A stretch of DNA of 57,016 bases, from positions 1 to 57,016 of the forward strand of contig JAEOTC010000029.1 in NCBI GenBank assembly GCA_016840035.1. Direction: 5' to 3'. The position numbers were made by a program, and so were the translations under genes. How positions within the stretch are numbered: the stretch's first letter is position 1; each line of letters begins with the position of its first letter. The notes beneath the pieces were generated by a model. It ran no database searches, was not told the origin of the DNA, and was given only the letters and a program-made list of their open reading frames with translations. This document shows positions 29,949 through 39,983 of the stretch, piece by piece. This DNA is from Candidatus Hodarchaeota archaeon (GTDB lineage: Archaea; Asgardarchaeota; Heimdallarchaeia; Hodarchaeales; Hodarchaeaceae).

Positions 29949-30938
29949 GTGAAAATCCTTTTTTGCCATCGTGTAAGACCTGTTTTAAGAAAACACTATC
30001 GTGAATCATTACCAGAAGAGATTGACTTAATATTTCCAGAGGATTTGTCTGATTCATCATTAATTCAATTAGCACCGGAAATAGAAATTGCAGTTGGATA
30101 TAAATTTTCAAAAGAATTCTTAGATGCAGCAAAAATTCTTAAGCATATTCAAATTCCTTGGACTGGAGCTGAGACATTGAACTTCGAATTATTAAAGAAA
30201 TATCCTAATGTAACTATTTCGAATTCACATTCCAATAGTTTGGCAATAGCTGAGCATGCCGTAGCACTATTATTATCCGCTGCAAAAAAAATTGTTTACA
30301 GAGATGCAGCTATGCGAAAGAATGATTGGTCAACTCGTTATAATGACGTAACCTCTCATTGGTTAACAGGAAAAACTCTCGGAATCATTGGGTATGGGGC
30401 TATTGGCAGTAAGGTTGCCCGTATGATGAAACGAGGATTTGAGATGCAAATCCTAGGAATTAAGAGAAATCCCACCGCTGTTCTCCCTGAAGATGTCGTC
30501 TTTATGGGTACACTCAACGACTTAGATTATGTATTAACAAATTCCGATTATATTTTAATTGCCTTACCTTTAACTCCTGAAACAAAAGGATTGATACAAG
30601 AAAGAGAACTGACACTCCTGAAACCAAATGTTGTACTAGTGAACATTGGAAGGGGGGAGGTTATCAACGAGCAGGACTTATATGAATTCATTAAGAAATC
30701 TAAATTAGCAACTGTAGGGTCGGATGTTTGGTACAATTACCCGAAGAATAAAAAGAAGCCAGTAGTGCAACAGAATTATCCTTTTGAAGAATTACCCTAT
30801 GTAATACTTAGTCCTCATTCTGCTTTTAAAGTGGAATCCCGCGAGATACCATTTGCAAAGGATACAGTTAGTAATTTGAACGCAATTTACAACGGTGAAG
30901 AACCAATAAACCAAATTAAGTTAGAAAATGAATATTAA
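29949..30938 (+). CDS. D-2-hydroxyacid dehydrogenase (NAD-binding)
   Basis: AIAEHA, GIIGYGAIG, LPLTPET, VNIGRG, SDVW, SPH. Confidence 0.9.
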   Translation: MKILFCHRVRPVLRKHYRESLPEEIDLIFPEDLSDSSLIQLAPEIEIAVGYKFSKEFLDAAKILKHIQIPWTGAETLNFELLKKYPNVTISNSHSNSLAIAEHAVALLLSAAKKIVYRDAAMRKNDWSTRYNDVTSHWLTGKTLGIIGYGAIGSKVARMMKRGFEMQILGIKRNPTAVLPEDVVFMGTLNDLDYVLTNSDYILIALPLTPETKGLIQERELTLLKPNVVLVNIGRGEVINEQDLYEFIKKSKLATVGSDVWYNYPKNKKKPVVQQNYPFEELPYVILSPHSAFKVESREIPFAKDTVSNLNAIYNGEEPINQIKLENEY

Positions 30939-30997
30939 AGTATTAAAAAAAGGCACAACAGAAAAGAAAGAAGAAGTAGAAGGTGGATTGTTATTTT

Positions 30998-32137
30998 TTA
31001 GATGGTTAAGTTCTCTTCTGTTGATCCATCGAAGATATGGATACGACTCATATCGAAAACAAGGTCGAAATCAGTACCAACACGAGCTTTCGTACCAGTG
31101 TTTACTCGTGCATTGAAATCAATGGAATCGACATTAACTGCCAGAAAAATATCTGATCCATAGTTTTCTCGAACCATTACCTTTACAGACACTGTATTAG
31201 CGGAACTTGGGTTCAGAGCAAACTCTCGATCTTCAATATCTTCTGGACGAATACCCAGAACTACCTCATCCGGATTTGTTGCATTTTTGATAACTTTGGT
31301 AGCCATATCTGTTGGTAAATCCAGACTAAATGCAGAGGTTACAAAAGTATCTCCTTCTAATTTACCTGAAATGAAGTTCATAGACGGTGAACCAATAAAA
31401 CCTGCAACAAATTTATTGACGGGTTTATCATACACTTCCTCAGGAGTCCCGATTTGCTGGAAAATTCCATCATTCATACAAGCTATTCGATCTCCTAAGG
31501 TCATCGCCTCTGCTTGATCGTGTGTAACATATATTGTTGTGACACCAAGTTCGATTTGTAGACGTTTGAGTTCAGTTCGCATATGAGCCCTGAGCTTTGC
31601 ATCAAGATTTGACAAAGGTTCGTCCATTAGAAAGACCTTTGGTTCACGGACAATTGCTCTTCCCATTGCTACCCGTTGTTGTTGACCCCCGCTTAATTCA
31701 CTAGGTTTCCGCTCTAAAAGATCAGGGATTTTTAAAATCTCGGCTGCTCTTTGAACTTTGGCCTCTACTTCGGCATGACGGAGTTTACGGGGAACAGCTT
31801 TAGGATCGTCTTTATCCACCAAAATCTTACGTGCTTTTAACCCAAACCCAATATTGTCCCGAACATTCATATGGGGATATAAGGCATAGTTTTGAAAGAC
31901 CATGGCGATATCACGGTCCTTTGCAGGAACAGTGTTCACCACTTTCTCATCGATATAGACCACACCAGAGGTTACTTCCTCTAAGCCGGCAACACATCGC
32001 ATAGCAGTGCTCTTCCCACATCCAGAGGGACCGACAAAGACAACAAGTTCTTTATCTGCGATGTCTATGTTAATATTATCTAATACTAGTTTTTCACTAA
32101 ATTGTTTTACAACATTTTTCATTTTTACTTGTGCCAT
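30998..32137 (-). CDS. malK: Carbohydrate ABC transporter ATP-binding subunit (MalK/UgpC/MsmX type)
   Basis: GPSGCGKS, VFQNYALYPHM, LSGGQQQR, DEPLSNLDAKLR, C-terminal TOBE domain. Confidence 0.93.
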   Translation of the reverse strand: MAQVKMKNVVKQFSEKLVLDNINIDIADKELVVFVGPSGCGKSTAMRCVAGLEEVTSGVVYIDEKVVNTVPAKDRDIAMVFQNYALYPHMNVRDNIGFGLKARKILVDKDDPKAVPRKLRHAEVEAKVQRAAEILKIPDLLERKPSELSGGQQQRVAMGRAIVREPKVFLMDEPLSNLDAKLRAHMRTELKRLQIELGVTTIYVTHDQAEAMTLGDRIACMNDGIFQQIGTPEEVYDKPVNKFVAGFIGSPSMNFISGKLEGDTFVTSAFSLDLPTDMATKVIKNATNPDEVVLGIRPEDIEDREFALNPSSANTVSVKVMVRENYGSDIFLAVNVDSIDFNARVNTGTKARVGTDFDLVFDMSRIHIFDGSTEENLTI

Positions 32138-32155
32138 AGAACCACCTTCTAATTC

Positions 32156-34480
32156 TTATCCTTTTAATCCTTCTACAGACACACCACGCTTAATATAATC
32201 TTGTGCCAAAAATAAAATCACAAAAATAGGAACAACAATAACTGTAGCTAGTGCTAAAACAACCCCTACTTGTTCTAATAGTTCTGAATTGATTCTGTAC
32301 ATACCTATTGGCAGAGTCCTTAATAATAAGTAATTACTACTATTTTCTAGAAGTAATAAGGGCCACATAAAGGAGTTCCAATTCCCAATAATATTTATGA
32401 TAAACATTACCGATAAAACAGGGATTGATAACGGAAGAACAATTTTCCTGAAAATTTGGAACTCTGAATAGCCATCAATACGGGCTGCGTCAAGATAGTC
32501 ATCAGGTATTCCACGCATGAATTCCGTACACAAAAAGATACTGAAAGGTTGTATTAAAAATGGTAAGACAACTCCCATCAATGATCCTACAAATCCCATT
32601 CGATCTAATTCTAAGTACAGAGGAATTACTTGAACGTATGGAGGTACCATCTGTATCGCAATTGTTAAAGTGAATAATAATCGTCTTCCGACAAATTCGC
32701 GTTTGGCTAGGACATATCCTGCCATAGCTGAGAATATTACTAGAAAAACCGTAACCAAACCAGCAGCGACAATTGAGTTGAATAACCAAGTCCCTACTTG
32801 GTATGTATCAGGGGTAGTATAATCTGTTCGTACGAGCCCGAATATTTGGGCATAATTTTGAGTCGTAAAGGGATCAGGAAGGAGTCCTTGAGATAGAAAA
32901 TCAACTCGATTCTGACCTTCAGTCTGAAAGCTATTTTTTAACATCCAAATAAAGGGGACAATCATTACTACCGCAATAGAAACAGCAAGGGCATTTATCA
33001 GAAGGGTTGAGGATATAATCCTCCAACTACGACCTTTTCTAACCTGTGCTACTCCCCACACGATTGCAACAACAATCAAGGCTATAACTATTCCAATTAG
33101 AAATAGCGGAAATGCTGGAAATACAAATCTTAGGATTGGATCTTGTTTCCAATTCAGTTGGTAAGGGTCTCCGTATAGATCCTGAAAAGTATCCGGATTT
33201 AAATAAAGTGTAATTGCGGCGAGAATTGCACCAATAACAATCACTTGAATATACAATTTGTATTCTACAATTCGATCGGCAGTTGTACCAAGTTTATTTC
33301 GTGAATCATATACATAGAGAAATAATGTATACAAAATGAGAATAATTACAAACACTAGTAATGTTATTACAAGTGCAGGTTGAATTATTCGGACTATTGA
33401 TTCATCGGTAGGACTTACTGGAATAATACCCCGGAATATCTGACGGACAGCATCCAGAAATACATCAAAGCTGTCTCGGAGAGCGATGACCATATTATCA
33501 ATGAACTTAAATGGTTCAAAGATTATTAATGCTATCAACCAAGGCAGATTTATTATAATAAATGCTAATCGACTAATTAGACCTTGAATAACAATTGCAT
33601 CTAGTAGTGGTAATACAATAATAATCAATAGAAACATTAGAAGAATGTTCTTAAAGGTAAAATTTACTTGTACCCTCTCTTTAAAAACAGTAAGAACATC
33701 AGATTGCGTTACACTCGCAAAGACAATTATCCAAAGTATTGAAATACCAAGAAGTCCAACTATAAGTGCTAACATAATCAAAGTGGGTTCTAGGTTTACC
33801 ATATTTGCAATTATATTAGTGTAGTTCGAATCGATAACTGAACAAAATAGCACGATGACTGAGATTAGAACAAAGACTGTCTTCTTCCAAGGAAAGACCT
33901 CTGAAAGCGTTGTTCCCTTTCTTGATACAAGCTCCTCTTGAATATCTGAATATAACCAGAATAATAAAATCAAAATTAAGATAGCTGCTCCTAACCAAGT
34001 AAAATCAGTCGAAAAAGGAATTACTAGTAATGCAATAGCCAATCTTCTTGGGGTAAGAAGAGATTTAATGGATCCAGATGATAGATAAGAGAATATTTTG
34101 AAGCACGAGTAAAGGATAATGAGGGGTGTTACAAAATATATCAATGCTAGAATATATCCTGTCTGCCTAAATATGTCAAAATCTAGTCCAAGTAAAGATT
34201 GGAAATAGAAATCATACATTGCCTGGAAGAAAAGTATAAATCGGGTAATCCCAATATCAGCAAGCTCAAAAAAACTAGCAAGATACGTATCACCAATAGT
34301 CCGAATTGCGTTTGTCCATAGATTTATTGCTGATTCGAAAAGCGAGTAAGTATCAATTCTACGACTTGGAGAAAGTGTCAGTACTAGAGAAATTAAAAAT
34401 AATAATGAAAGGATTACTTTTTTGTTTGCTTCCAGCAAATTGATTATTCTTGATGTAGTTTGTTTGCTGTCTGATTCCAT
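32156..34480 (-). CDS. Carbohydrate ABC permease, MalG type, with approx. 480-aa extra N-terminal multi-TM region
   Basis: C-terminal MalG core (FNS...MAGYVLAK, YLDAARIDG, WNSFMWP); start at ATG 34480 behind GGAGG. Confidence 0.85.
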   Translation of the reverse strand: MESDSKQTTSRIINLLEANKKVILSLLFLISLVLTLSPSRRIDTYSLFESAINLWTNAIRTIGDTYLASFFELADIGITRFILFFQAMYDFYFQSLLGLDFDIFRQTGYILALIYFVTPLIILYSCFKIFSYLSSGSIKSLLTPRRLAIALLVIPFSTDFTWLGAAILILILLFWLYSDIQEELVSRKGTTLSEVFPWKKTVFVLISVIVLFCSVIDSNYTNIIANMVNLEPTLIMLALIVGLLGISILWIIVFASVTQSDVLTVFKERVQVNFTFKNILLMFLLIIIVLPLLDAIVIQGLISRLAFIIINLPWLIALIIFEPFKFIDNMVIALRDSFDVFLDAVRQIFRGIIPVSPTDESIVRIIQPALVITLLVFVIILILYTLFLYVYDSRNKLGTTADRIVEYKLYIQVIVIGAILAAITLYLNPDTFQDLYGDPYQLNWKQDPILRFVFPAFPLFLIGIVIALIVVAIVWGVAQVRKGRSWRIISSTLLINALAVSIAVVMIVPFIWMLKNSFQTEGQNRVDFLSQGLLPDPFTTQNYAQIFGLVRTDYTTPDTYQVGTWLFNSIVAAGLVTVFLVIFSAMAGYVLAKREFVGRRLLFTLTIAIQMVPPYVQVIPLYLELDRMGFVGSLMGVVLPFLIQPFSIFLCTEFMRGIPDDYLDAARIDGYSEFQIFRKIVLPLSIPVLSVMFIINIIGNWNSFMWPLLLLENSSNYLLLRTLPIGMYRINSELLEQVGVVLALATVIVVPIFVILFLAQDYIKRGVSVEGLKG

Positions 34481-34484
34481 AGTC

Positions 34485-36518
34485 TTAACCTCCAACACCT
34501 AATTCCACCTTTTCTTGCTTAAATAGACTAGGTAGCATCTTTCGTTTCTTTATTTGAGGGACAATTATCGGTGCTAATATCATCAATAGACCTATTATGA
34601 GGAAAATCAACCCAAAAGCCAGTGAGGGTATCTTAATACTTGCTATAGTAAAAGGCGTTGACCCAAATCCTCTTTTACTTATTGTACTATAGCCATTAGC
34701 TAAATAAAAGGGAGCAATGAACAATATGAAGAACCCAGCTTTTCGTAAGTCTTTCATATCTCGTTCTAGTTCTTTTCGTATAATAATTGAAGTATAAAGG
34801 TAATAAAGACCTACAACAAATGTAAGGAATAGGAAAAATACATCATAGGTTAACCAATCTAATGTAAAGCCCAGTGATTTGGGTGGGACCTCAATAATTG
34901 CAGAAGTTCTGTTTGAGGGGACGGAAAACATGATTGCAAGTAAACTAAAGATCGGAAACATCTTTAACGTGTTTTTCATCTCCATTCGACCCAATAGACC
35001 TAAATAAGCTGTCATTCCAAAGATGAAATAGCCTACAGTAGAAGCAAAGGTCATTACTGTGGGTGAGGTATAATTTCCTATTAAATAAACTGCTAAGGTT
35101 TGACTCCCGCCAAAATTAGCAACATCTAAACCATATAATTCTTGGAAAACAAGCCATCCATTTATCAATTCAAGGATGATAACTACTCCTAGTGGACCTT
35201 TTAACATAGGAATAGTAATGTTCTTAAATTTAGACCAGCTACCATGACCATCAATATCAGCAGCCTCATATAAAGAGTCTGGTATAGATTTTAATCCAGC
35301 AAGAAGAATTAGAACATTGAATCCTACTCTTCGCCAGATACTCATGATGGCAACACTTTCCATTAAGTAATCGGAAATCCAACTAATGTTTTCGCTTACT
35401 TTATTAGCGGGTACTAAACCTAAAGTAATGATATTCAAGATTCCATAAATTCCATCTAAGATCCCAGCTACACTAAAGTCTATACCAGTTAAATCCGTAA
35501 TTAAGGGAAGATTTATTGTTAAATTAAATAATGAAGTAAGAAAACCTCCTCTTGCATCAAATACAACACGCCCCCAGATAACGGAGACTACAAGGATACT
35601 TGTTACGACAGGCATGTAAAAAATAGTGGTATAAGCGTTTTCACCTTTGAGGAATTTGGAGTTTAATAAGACTGAGAGAAATAGGGATACAATGACAACT
35701 CCAGGTACGAAGAGAATAACATAATAGATGTTATTATCCAATGCGTTTTGAAATAGATTAGCATTTGAAGAATGTGAAAACAACTCAAGGAAATTATCCA
35801 CCCCGATGAATATAGGACTTTGATTTTGTAGTCCTCCAAAGAGTGCATGAAGAGTCCAGAGAAGAGGATCGACTTCATAATCGACTGGAGTAAACGCAGG
35901 ATTTTCTCCAAGTGGAAATGTCTCAGGGTAGGAAAATAGAGTGATATAAAAGCCTCGGAGTATTGGCACAACATATGTAAATACGAGGAAAAGAAGAGCG
36001 GGAATAATAAGTATGTAAGGAAGTTTATTTTTCCTTATTTCTCCAGAAACTCTTTGTTTGAGAGAGAGTTCTTGAGTCTTTCCCTGTGAAGTAGTATAGG
36101 CAATTAATCCAAGAATTCCAAGGGGGAAGGTCAATATAGATCCAATTAACCATGATGTTCGTCCAGGAGTTTCTCCTCCAGCATCAAAGGGTTTCTCAAT
36201 ACTTCGTATACTCCCATAAAGAAGGAGAGCGGCTCCGAAAAAAGTAAAAAGCGTGATTGTTAGATGTGCTGTCTCCTCTGCACCCACAAGAGCAATTCCA
36301 TTATAATACCATTGAGCAACATCTGGAATAATTGAGACAAAAGTTGACAAACCGAGGATTTCAATCCATCCATACAGTAAATATCCTACTGGAAAGAAAT
36401 ATCCCATGATTCCAAATGAACCTGCTAGAAAGTAAAACAGTATCAGTATCATTGGTATTATACCGTTAATAAATGCTAGTTGTTGTGACCTTGACTTCAT
36501 ATCTTCCCAGAGCTTCAT
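34485..36518 (-). CDS. Carbohydrate ABC permease, MalF type, with N- and C-terminal extra TM regions
   Basis: PYILIIPA, FIGVDNF, IFYMPVV, LAGLKSIPDSLYEAADIDG...FKNITIPML. Confidence 0.85.
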   Translation of the reverse strand: MKLWEDMKSRSQQLAFINGIIPMILILFYFLAGSFGIMGYFFPVGYLLYGWIEILGLSTFVSIIPDVAQWYYNGIALVGAEETAHLTITLFTFFGAALLLYGSIRSIEKPFDAGGETPGRTSWLIGSILTFPLGILGLIAYTTSQGKTQELSLKQRVSGEIRKNKLPYILIIPALLFLVFTYVVPILRGFYITLFSYPETFPLGENPAFTPVDYEVDPLLWTLHALFGGLQNQSPIFIGVDNFLELFSHSSNANLFQNALDNNIYYVILFVPGVVIVSLFLSVLLNSKFLKGENAYTTIFYMPVVTSILVVSVIWGRVVFDARGGFLTSLFNLTINLPLITDLTGIDFSVAGILDGIYGILNIITLGLVPANKVSENISWISDYLMESVAIMSIWRRVGFNVLILLAGLKSIPDSLYEAADIDGHGSWSKFKNITIPMLKGPLGVVIILELINGWLVFQELYGLDVANFGGSQTLAVYLIGNYTSPTVMTFASTVGYFIFGMTAYLGLLGRMEMKNTLKMFPIFSLLAIMFSVPSNRTSAIIEVPPKSLGFTLDWLTYDVFFLFLTFVVGLYYLYTSIIIRKELERDMKDLRKAGFFILFIAPFYLANGYSTISKRGFGSTPFTIASIKIPSLAFGLIFLIIGLLMILAPIIVPQIKKRKMLPSLFKQEKVELGVGG

Positions 36519-36638
36519 TTAATCATCCTTCTTTAATTTCTAATGAATTAATGACCATTAAACTATGTATTTAATAAATATTATGAAATCTGTACGATTT
36601 TTCTTTGTTCGTAAACAACAAATAGAGCAATAAGAGTT

Positions 36639-36655
36639 AAAAAAAAAGAAAAAAG
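36639..36655 (-). terminator. Oligo-T terminator after the sugar-binding protein gene
   Basis: Two T runs on the minus strand just after the SBP stop. Confidence 0.5.
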
Positions 36656-36665
36656 AGGGAGGAGT

Positions 36666-38144
36666 TTATTTTCTCCTGCGAATGAATCTAACAGATCCTA
36701 GTAGGCCTACTAATAGTAATACAGATGCAATAGTAAATCCAGGAGCGGCAGTAGGTTCATCAACTTTCAAATAGTATACTTGAATAGCTGCTGCCATACT
36801 GTCAAGAGCTTCTTGGGCTTTAGCAGTGTATTGTGCATCAGTATATCCTGCATTCCATGTAATACCATTAAGAGCTGCAAGATAACCAGGAATCATAACG
36901 TCAGAGTGAACTGAGAGCCATTTTGGATGTTGTTTACCCCAGGGGTAAGCATAACTCTGAGATTCAATGTGAGTTACGAAGTTAGATCTGTTGTCGTGGG
37001 CTGAGAACCATGGTTTGTCTTTTAGACTGGTTCGCACGGGAATCCGCCAGGCTTGATTTAGCCAGTTGTCCACGGTTTTCATTTGGTGTTCATCTTCAAG
37101 AAGTTCTTGAGCTAACACTGCGGCATCAGCTGCATTGGCTGCATCAGATGGGACTAGAGAAATTCCACCACCAGTGATAGTAGAACGAACTCCATCAGAT
37201 GATTTGGGCATAGGAATAGCTTTGAAGTTTTCTAAACCTGCACCTTCGAAAATGCTGGTACCCCAAGGACCACAAAGAACCATGGCGGCTTCACCATTAC
37301 CAAAGACTGTGTTGGCTTCACCACCACCGTCAGTTTCAACTGTGTCTGGGACCCAACCTTCACCTTTCATTTTAAGGTAAGCAGCAAATCCTTCAACATT
37401 GAGAGTTCCATTAACTCCATACATACCATCGTCATCCCAGGGGAAGACTGTGGCTGGATCGGAACGAGAATCAATGAAATTGTCAGTTGAACCGAACATA
37501 TAATTCATATATGCAAGATCTGATTGTGATTTACCTACCATTGCGAAAGGTGTAATACCTTCACCGTCAAGGGTTTCACAGGCATCTAGCCAACCGTCTA
37601 ATGTATCAACATCAGCTGCGGTGAGACCTGCGGCTGTGAAGTTATCCGTATTGATATAGGGGAGAATTGATTGTCCAAAGAAGGGTAGTGCAAATACTTT
37701 ATCACCTGTACCATCTCCTTTTTCAAGGTCTAAAATGGACCACCAACCATCTGGAATATCATCAACCCAACCTGCACGGTCATCAGCCCAATCGGCGACT
37801 TCATCGGCAAAATTATGGAAGATTCCAAAGTCTGCAAATTCTGTATACCAGTCTTGGGTAACTAGAAGTAAATCAGGGTAATTTTTGGCTGCAAATCGAG
37901 AAAATAATTGTACACGGTCGCTTGGACCGCCACCTACGACTGTATATTCAAAGTCGTAGTCACCTGCAATGGAGCTATTGTCAATCATTGATTTAATGAT
38001 CTTTCCACGAGGATGATCAAGACCCCATGGAATGACTACCTCAAAAGTATCTGCAGTGGGCTTTGCCACTGTAGATGATGCGCTGAGGGAGGCAAACAAT
38101 AGAGCACCAAGTGTTATTGCGAAAACTATTTTTGCTTTCTTCAT
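36666..38144 (-). CDS. Sugar ABC transporter substrate-binding protein (SBP family 1) with PGF-CTERM-like anchor
   Basis: Signal peptide; PDL, FALPF, FGNGEAAMVLCGPW, GGGISL; C-terminal APGF-TM-RRRK. Confidence 0.9.
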   Translation of the reverse strand: MKKAKIVFAITLGALLFASLSASSTVAKPTADTFEVVIPWGLDHPRGKIIKSMIDNSSIAGDYDFEYTVVGGGPSDRVQLFSRFAAKNYPDLLLVTQDWYTEFADFGIFHNFADEVADWADDRAGWVDDIPDGWWSILDLEKGDGTGDKVFALPFFGQSILPYINTDNFTAAGLTAADVDTLDGWLDACETLDGEGITPFAMVGKSQSDLAYMNYMFGSTDNFIDSRSDPATVFPWDDDGMYGVNGTLNVEGFAAYLKMKGEGWVPDTVETDGGGEANTVFGNGEAAMVLCGPWGTSIFEGAGLENFKAIPMPKSSDGVRSTITGGGISLVPSDAANAADAAVLAQELLEDEHQMKTVDNWLNQAWRIPVRTSLKDKPWFSAHDNRSNFVTHIESQSYAYPWGKQHPKWLSVHSDVMIPGYLAALNGITWNAGYTDAQYTAKAQEALDSMAAAIQVYYLKVDEPTAAPGFTIASVLLLVGLLGSVRFIRRRK

Positions 38145-38613
38145 GTATTTTTTTCACCTAAATAGGTTTATTTTTTCATGCTCCTTATAGCACCTGAATA
38201 AGGGCTTAAAGAGGTGTTTCGACCCGATACGGAGTTTAAATCTTTTGCCCCACATGTATCGTAAATATGGGTGCTAGGAAATGTCTTGTTTTTTTATTTA
38301 GGTCTTTGAAATTTATGTTCAACAAATTCTGACTAATTCGAGACGGAGTAGATCAATCTAAGCTAAATGCGAAAATAAACAAATGTGAGAACTAAACGCG
38401 TTTTTCACCCGCATTGGACATTATGATTTATCACTCTAAGTAGTAGGGTGAATTCACAATAATGAGGGCAATTTTCTTTCTTCAGATACTTTAGATATTG
38501 AGGTTTATTGATTTTTCATCCGATTTTTTTGAAAAAAAGGTTAAGTAACAGGGTGAGAATTCTAGTTATTACCTTAAAATCTCAAATAATGCCACATAGG
38601 GTTGAGTATTACA

Positions 38614-39978
38614 ATGAAAATAGCTATGGTTCATTTTAGAGTGGGAGAACTTGACGGTGTTTCGTTAGAAATGGATAAATGGAAATTGGTTCTTGAAGAG
38701 AAATTCAATCATGGAGTTGTCTATCTTGCTGGTTCTTTAGGACAAAGTGTGGGGTATGAGATTTCAGAGTTTTCACTAGACTTCGGTCCAGCACTCGATA
38801 TTCGTACCCGAGCCTTTTCCGAATCCCTTACCAAGGAACAAGAAATGCGTTTAGATGCTGATATTCGTACTCTTGTTGATGAAATTAAACCTAAGATTCT
38901 AGAATTTATTGACAAGTATAATATTCAAGGATTTATTCCTAATAACATGTTTAGTTTACCTCTAAACATACCTGCCTCATTGGCCTTATTAGAAGTCATT
39001 CGTGAAACAGGTATTCCTACAATTAGTCATAATCACGATTTTACTTGGGAAAGAACTGCCTATACACCGAGTTGCTCATTGATTGAAAACTATATGAATG
39101 AATATTTTCCCCCATCGATTCCCCATATCTCTCATGCTGTAATCAACTCTCTTGCTCAGGATTACTTAAAGAAATACAAAAACATTGAGTCTATTGTCGT
39201 ACCAAATGTCTTTTATTTCGAGGAACCAGATTGGGTCAAAGATGAGTATAATGCGGATATAAGAACCGCGCTTGATGTTTCAAAAACTGATATCCTTGTC
39301 CTGCAAGCAACTCGTATCGTTGAGAGAAAGGGGATCGAATTAATAATCGATGTGTTAACGAAGCTGAATAGCCAAGAATTTCGCAGAAAACTATCGTCGA
39401 AACCTTTATATGATGGTCGCTCGTTTACTGAGAAAGATAAAATTGTTTTGGTTATGCCCAATCTTATTGAAGATGATGCTTATAAGGAAAAATTGGAAAG
39501 AAAGTGTAAGGAACTTAATGTTGAATTTAGATTTTGTAATGACATTTTTGCCCATCAACGTTCGACAGGAGATAAGCAAGAGAAGATATACAGCTTATGG
39601 GATATCTACTCACACTCTGATATTGTATCATATCCTAGTTTAGTTGAAGGATGGGGAAATCAATTTTTAGAGGCCGTAAAGGCCAAAATTCCGATCATTA
39701 TTTTTGAGTATGATGTTTATAAGCAGGATATCGGTACACTTGGATTTAAAACAATAACTCTTGGATCAGTTATTAAATCGCGTGATAACCTAGGTTTGGT
39801 AACTGTGGACGAGAAAATGTTGGAAAAAGCTGCTTCTGAAACAATCGAGATTCTTCATGATACATCCCTCAGAGAGAAAGTGGTAAAAGAGAATTTTGAC
39901 ATTGGGCTTGAAGAGCTTTCTATTACTGCACTCTCAAAGTATGTTAAAAAATTACTTCTCTCTGCTGGTCTAGATTAG
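38614..39978 (+). CDS. GT4 glycosyltransferase, mannosylglucosylglycerate synthase (MggS)-like
   Basis: MKIAMVHFR..ELDGVSLEMDKWK, NNMFSL, HNHDFTWER, VVPNV, LQATRIVERKGIE, YPSLVEGWGNQFLEA - resembles Thermotoga MggS as recalled. Confidence 0.75.
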   Translation: MKIAMVHFRVGELDGVSLEMDKWKLVLEEKFNHGVVYLAGSLGQSVGYEISEFSLDFGPALDIRTRAFSESLTKEQEMRLDADIRTLVDEIKPKILEFIDKYNIQGFIPNNMFSLPLNIPASLALLEVIRETGIPTISHNHDFTWERTAYTPSCSLIENYMNEYFPPSIPHISHAVINSLAQDYLKKYKNIESIVVPNVFYFEEPDWVKDEYNADIRTALDVSKTDILVLQATRIVERKGIELIIDVLTKLNSQEFRRKLSSKPLYDGRSFTEKDKIVLVMPNLIEDDAYKEKLERKCKELNVEFRFCNDIFAHQRSTGDKQEKIYSLWDIYSHSDIVSYPSLVEGWGNQFLEAVKAKIPIIIFEYDVYKQDIGTLGFKTITLGSVIKSRDNLGLVTVDEKMLEKAASETIEILHDTSLREKVVKENFDIGLEELSITALSKYVKKLLLSAGLD

Positions 39979-39983
39979 GATTC

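Noticed and set aside
38145-38613. Long intergenic region as a possible ncRNA or riboswitch
   Set aside because: Only weak imperfect stems are visible; it is adequately explained as divergent promoters. An Rfam/Infernal scan would be needed to support any RNA
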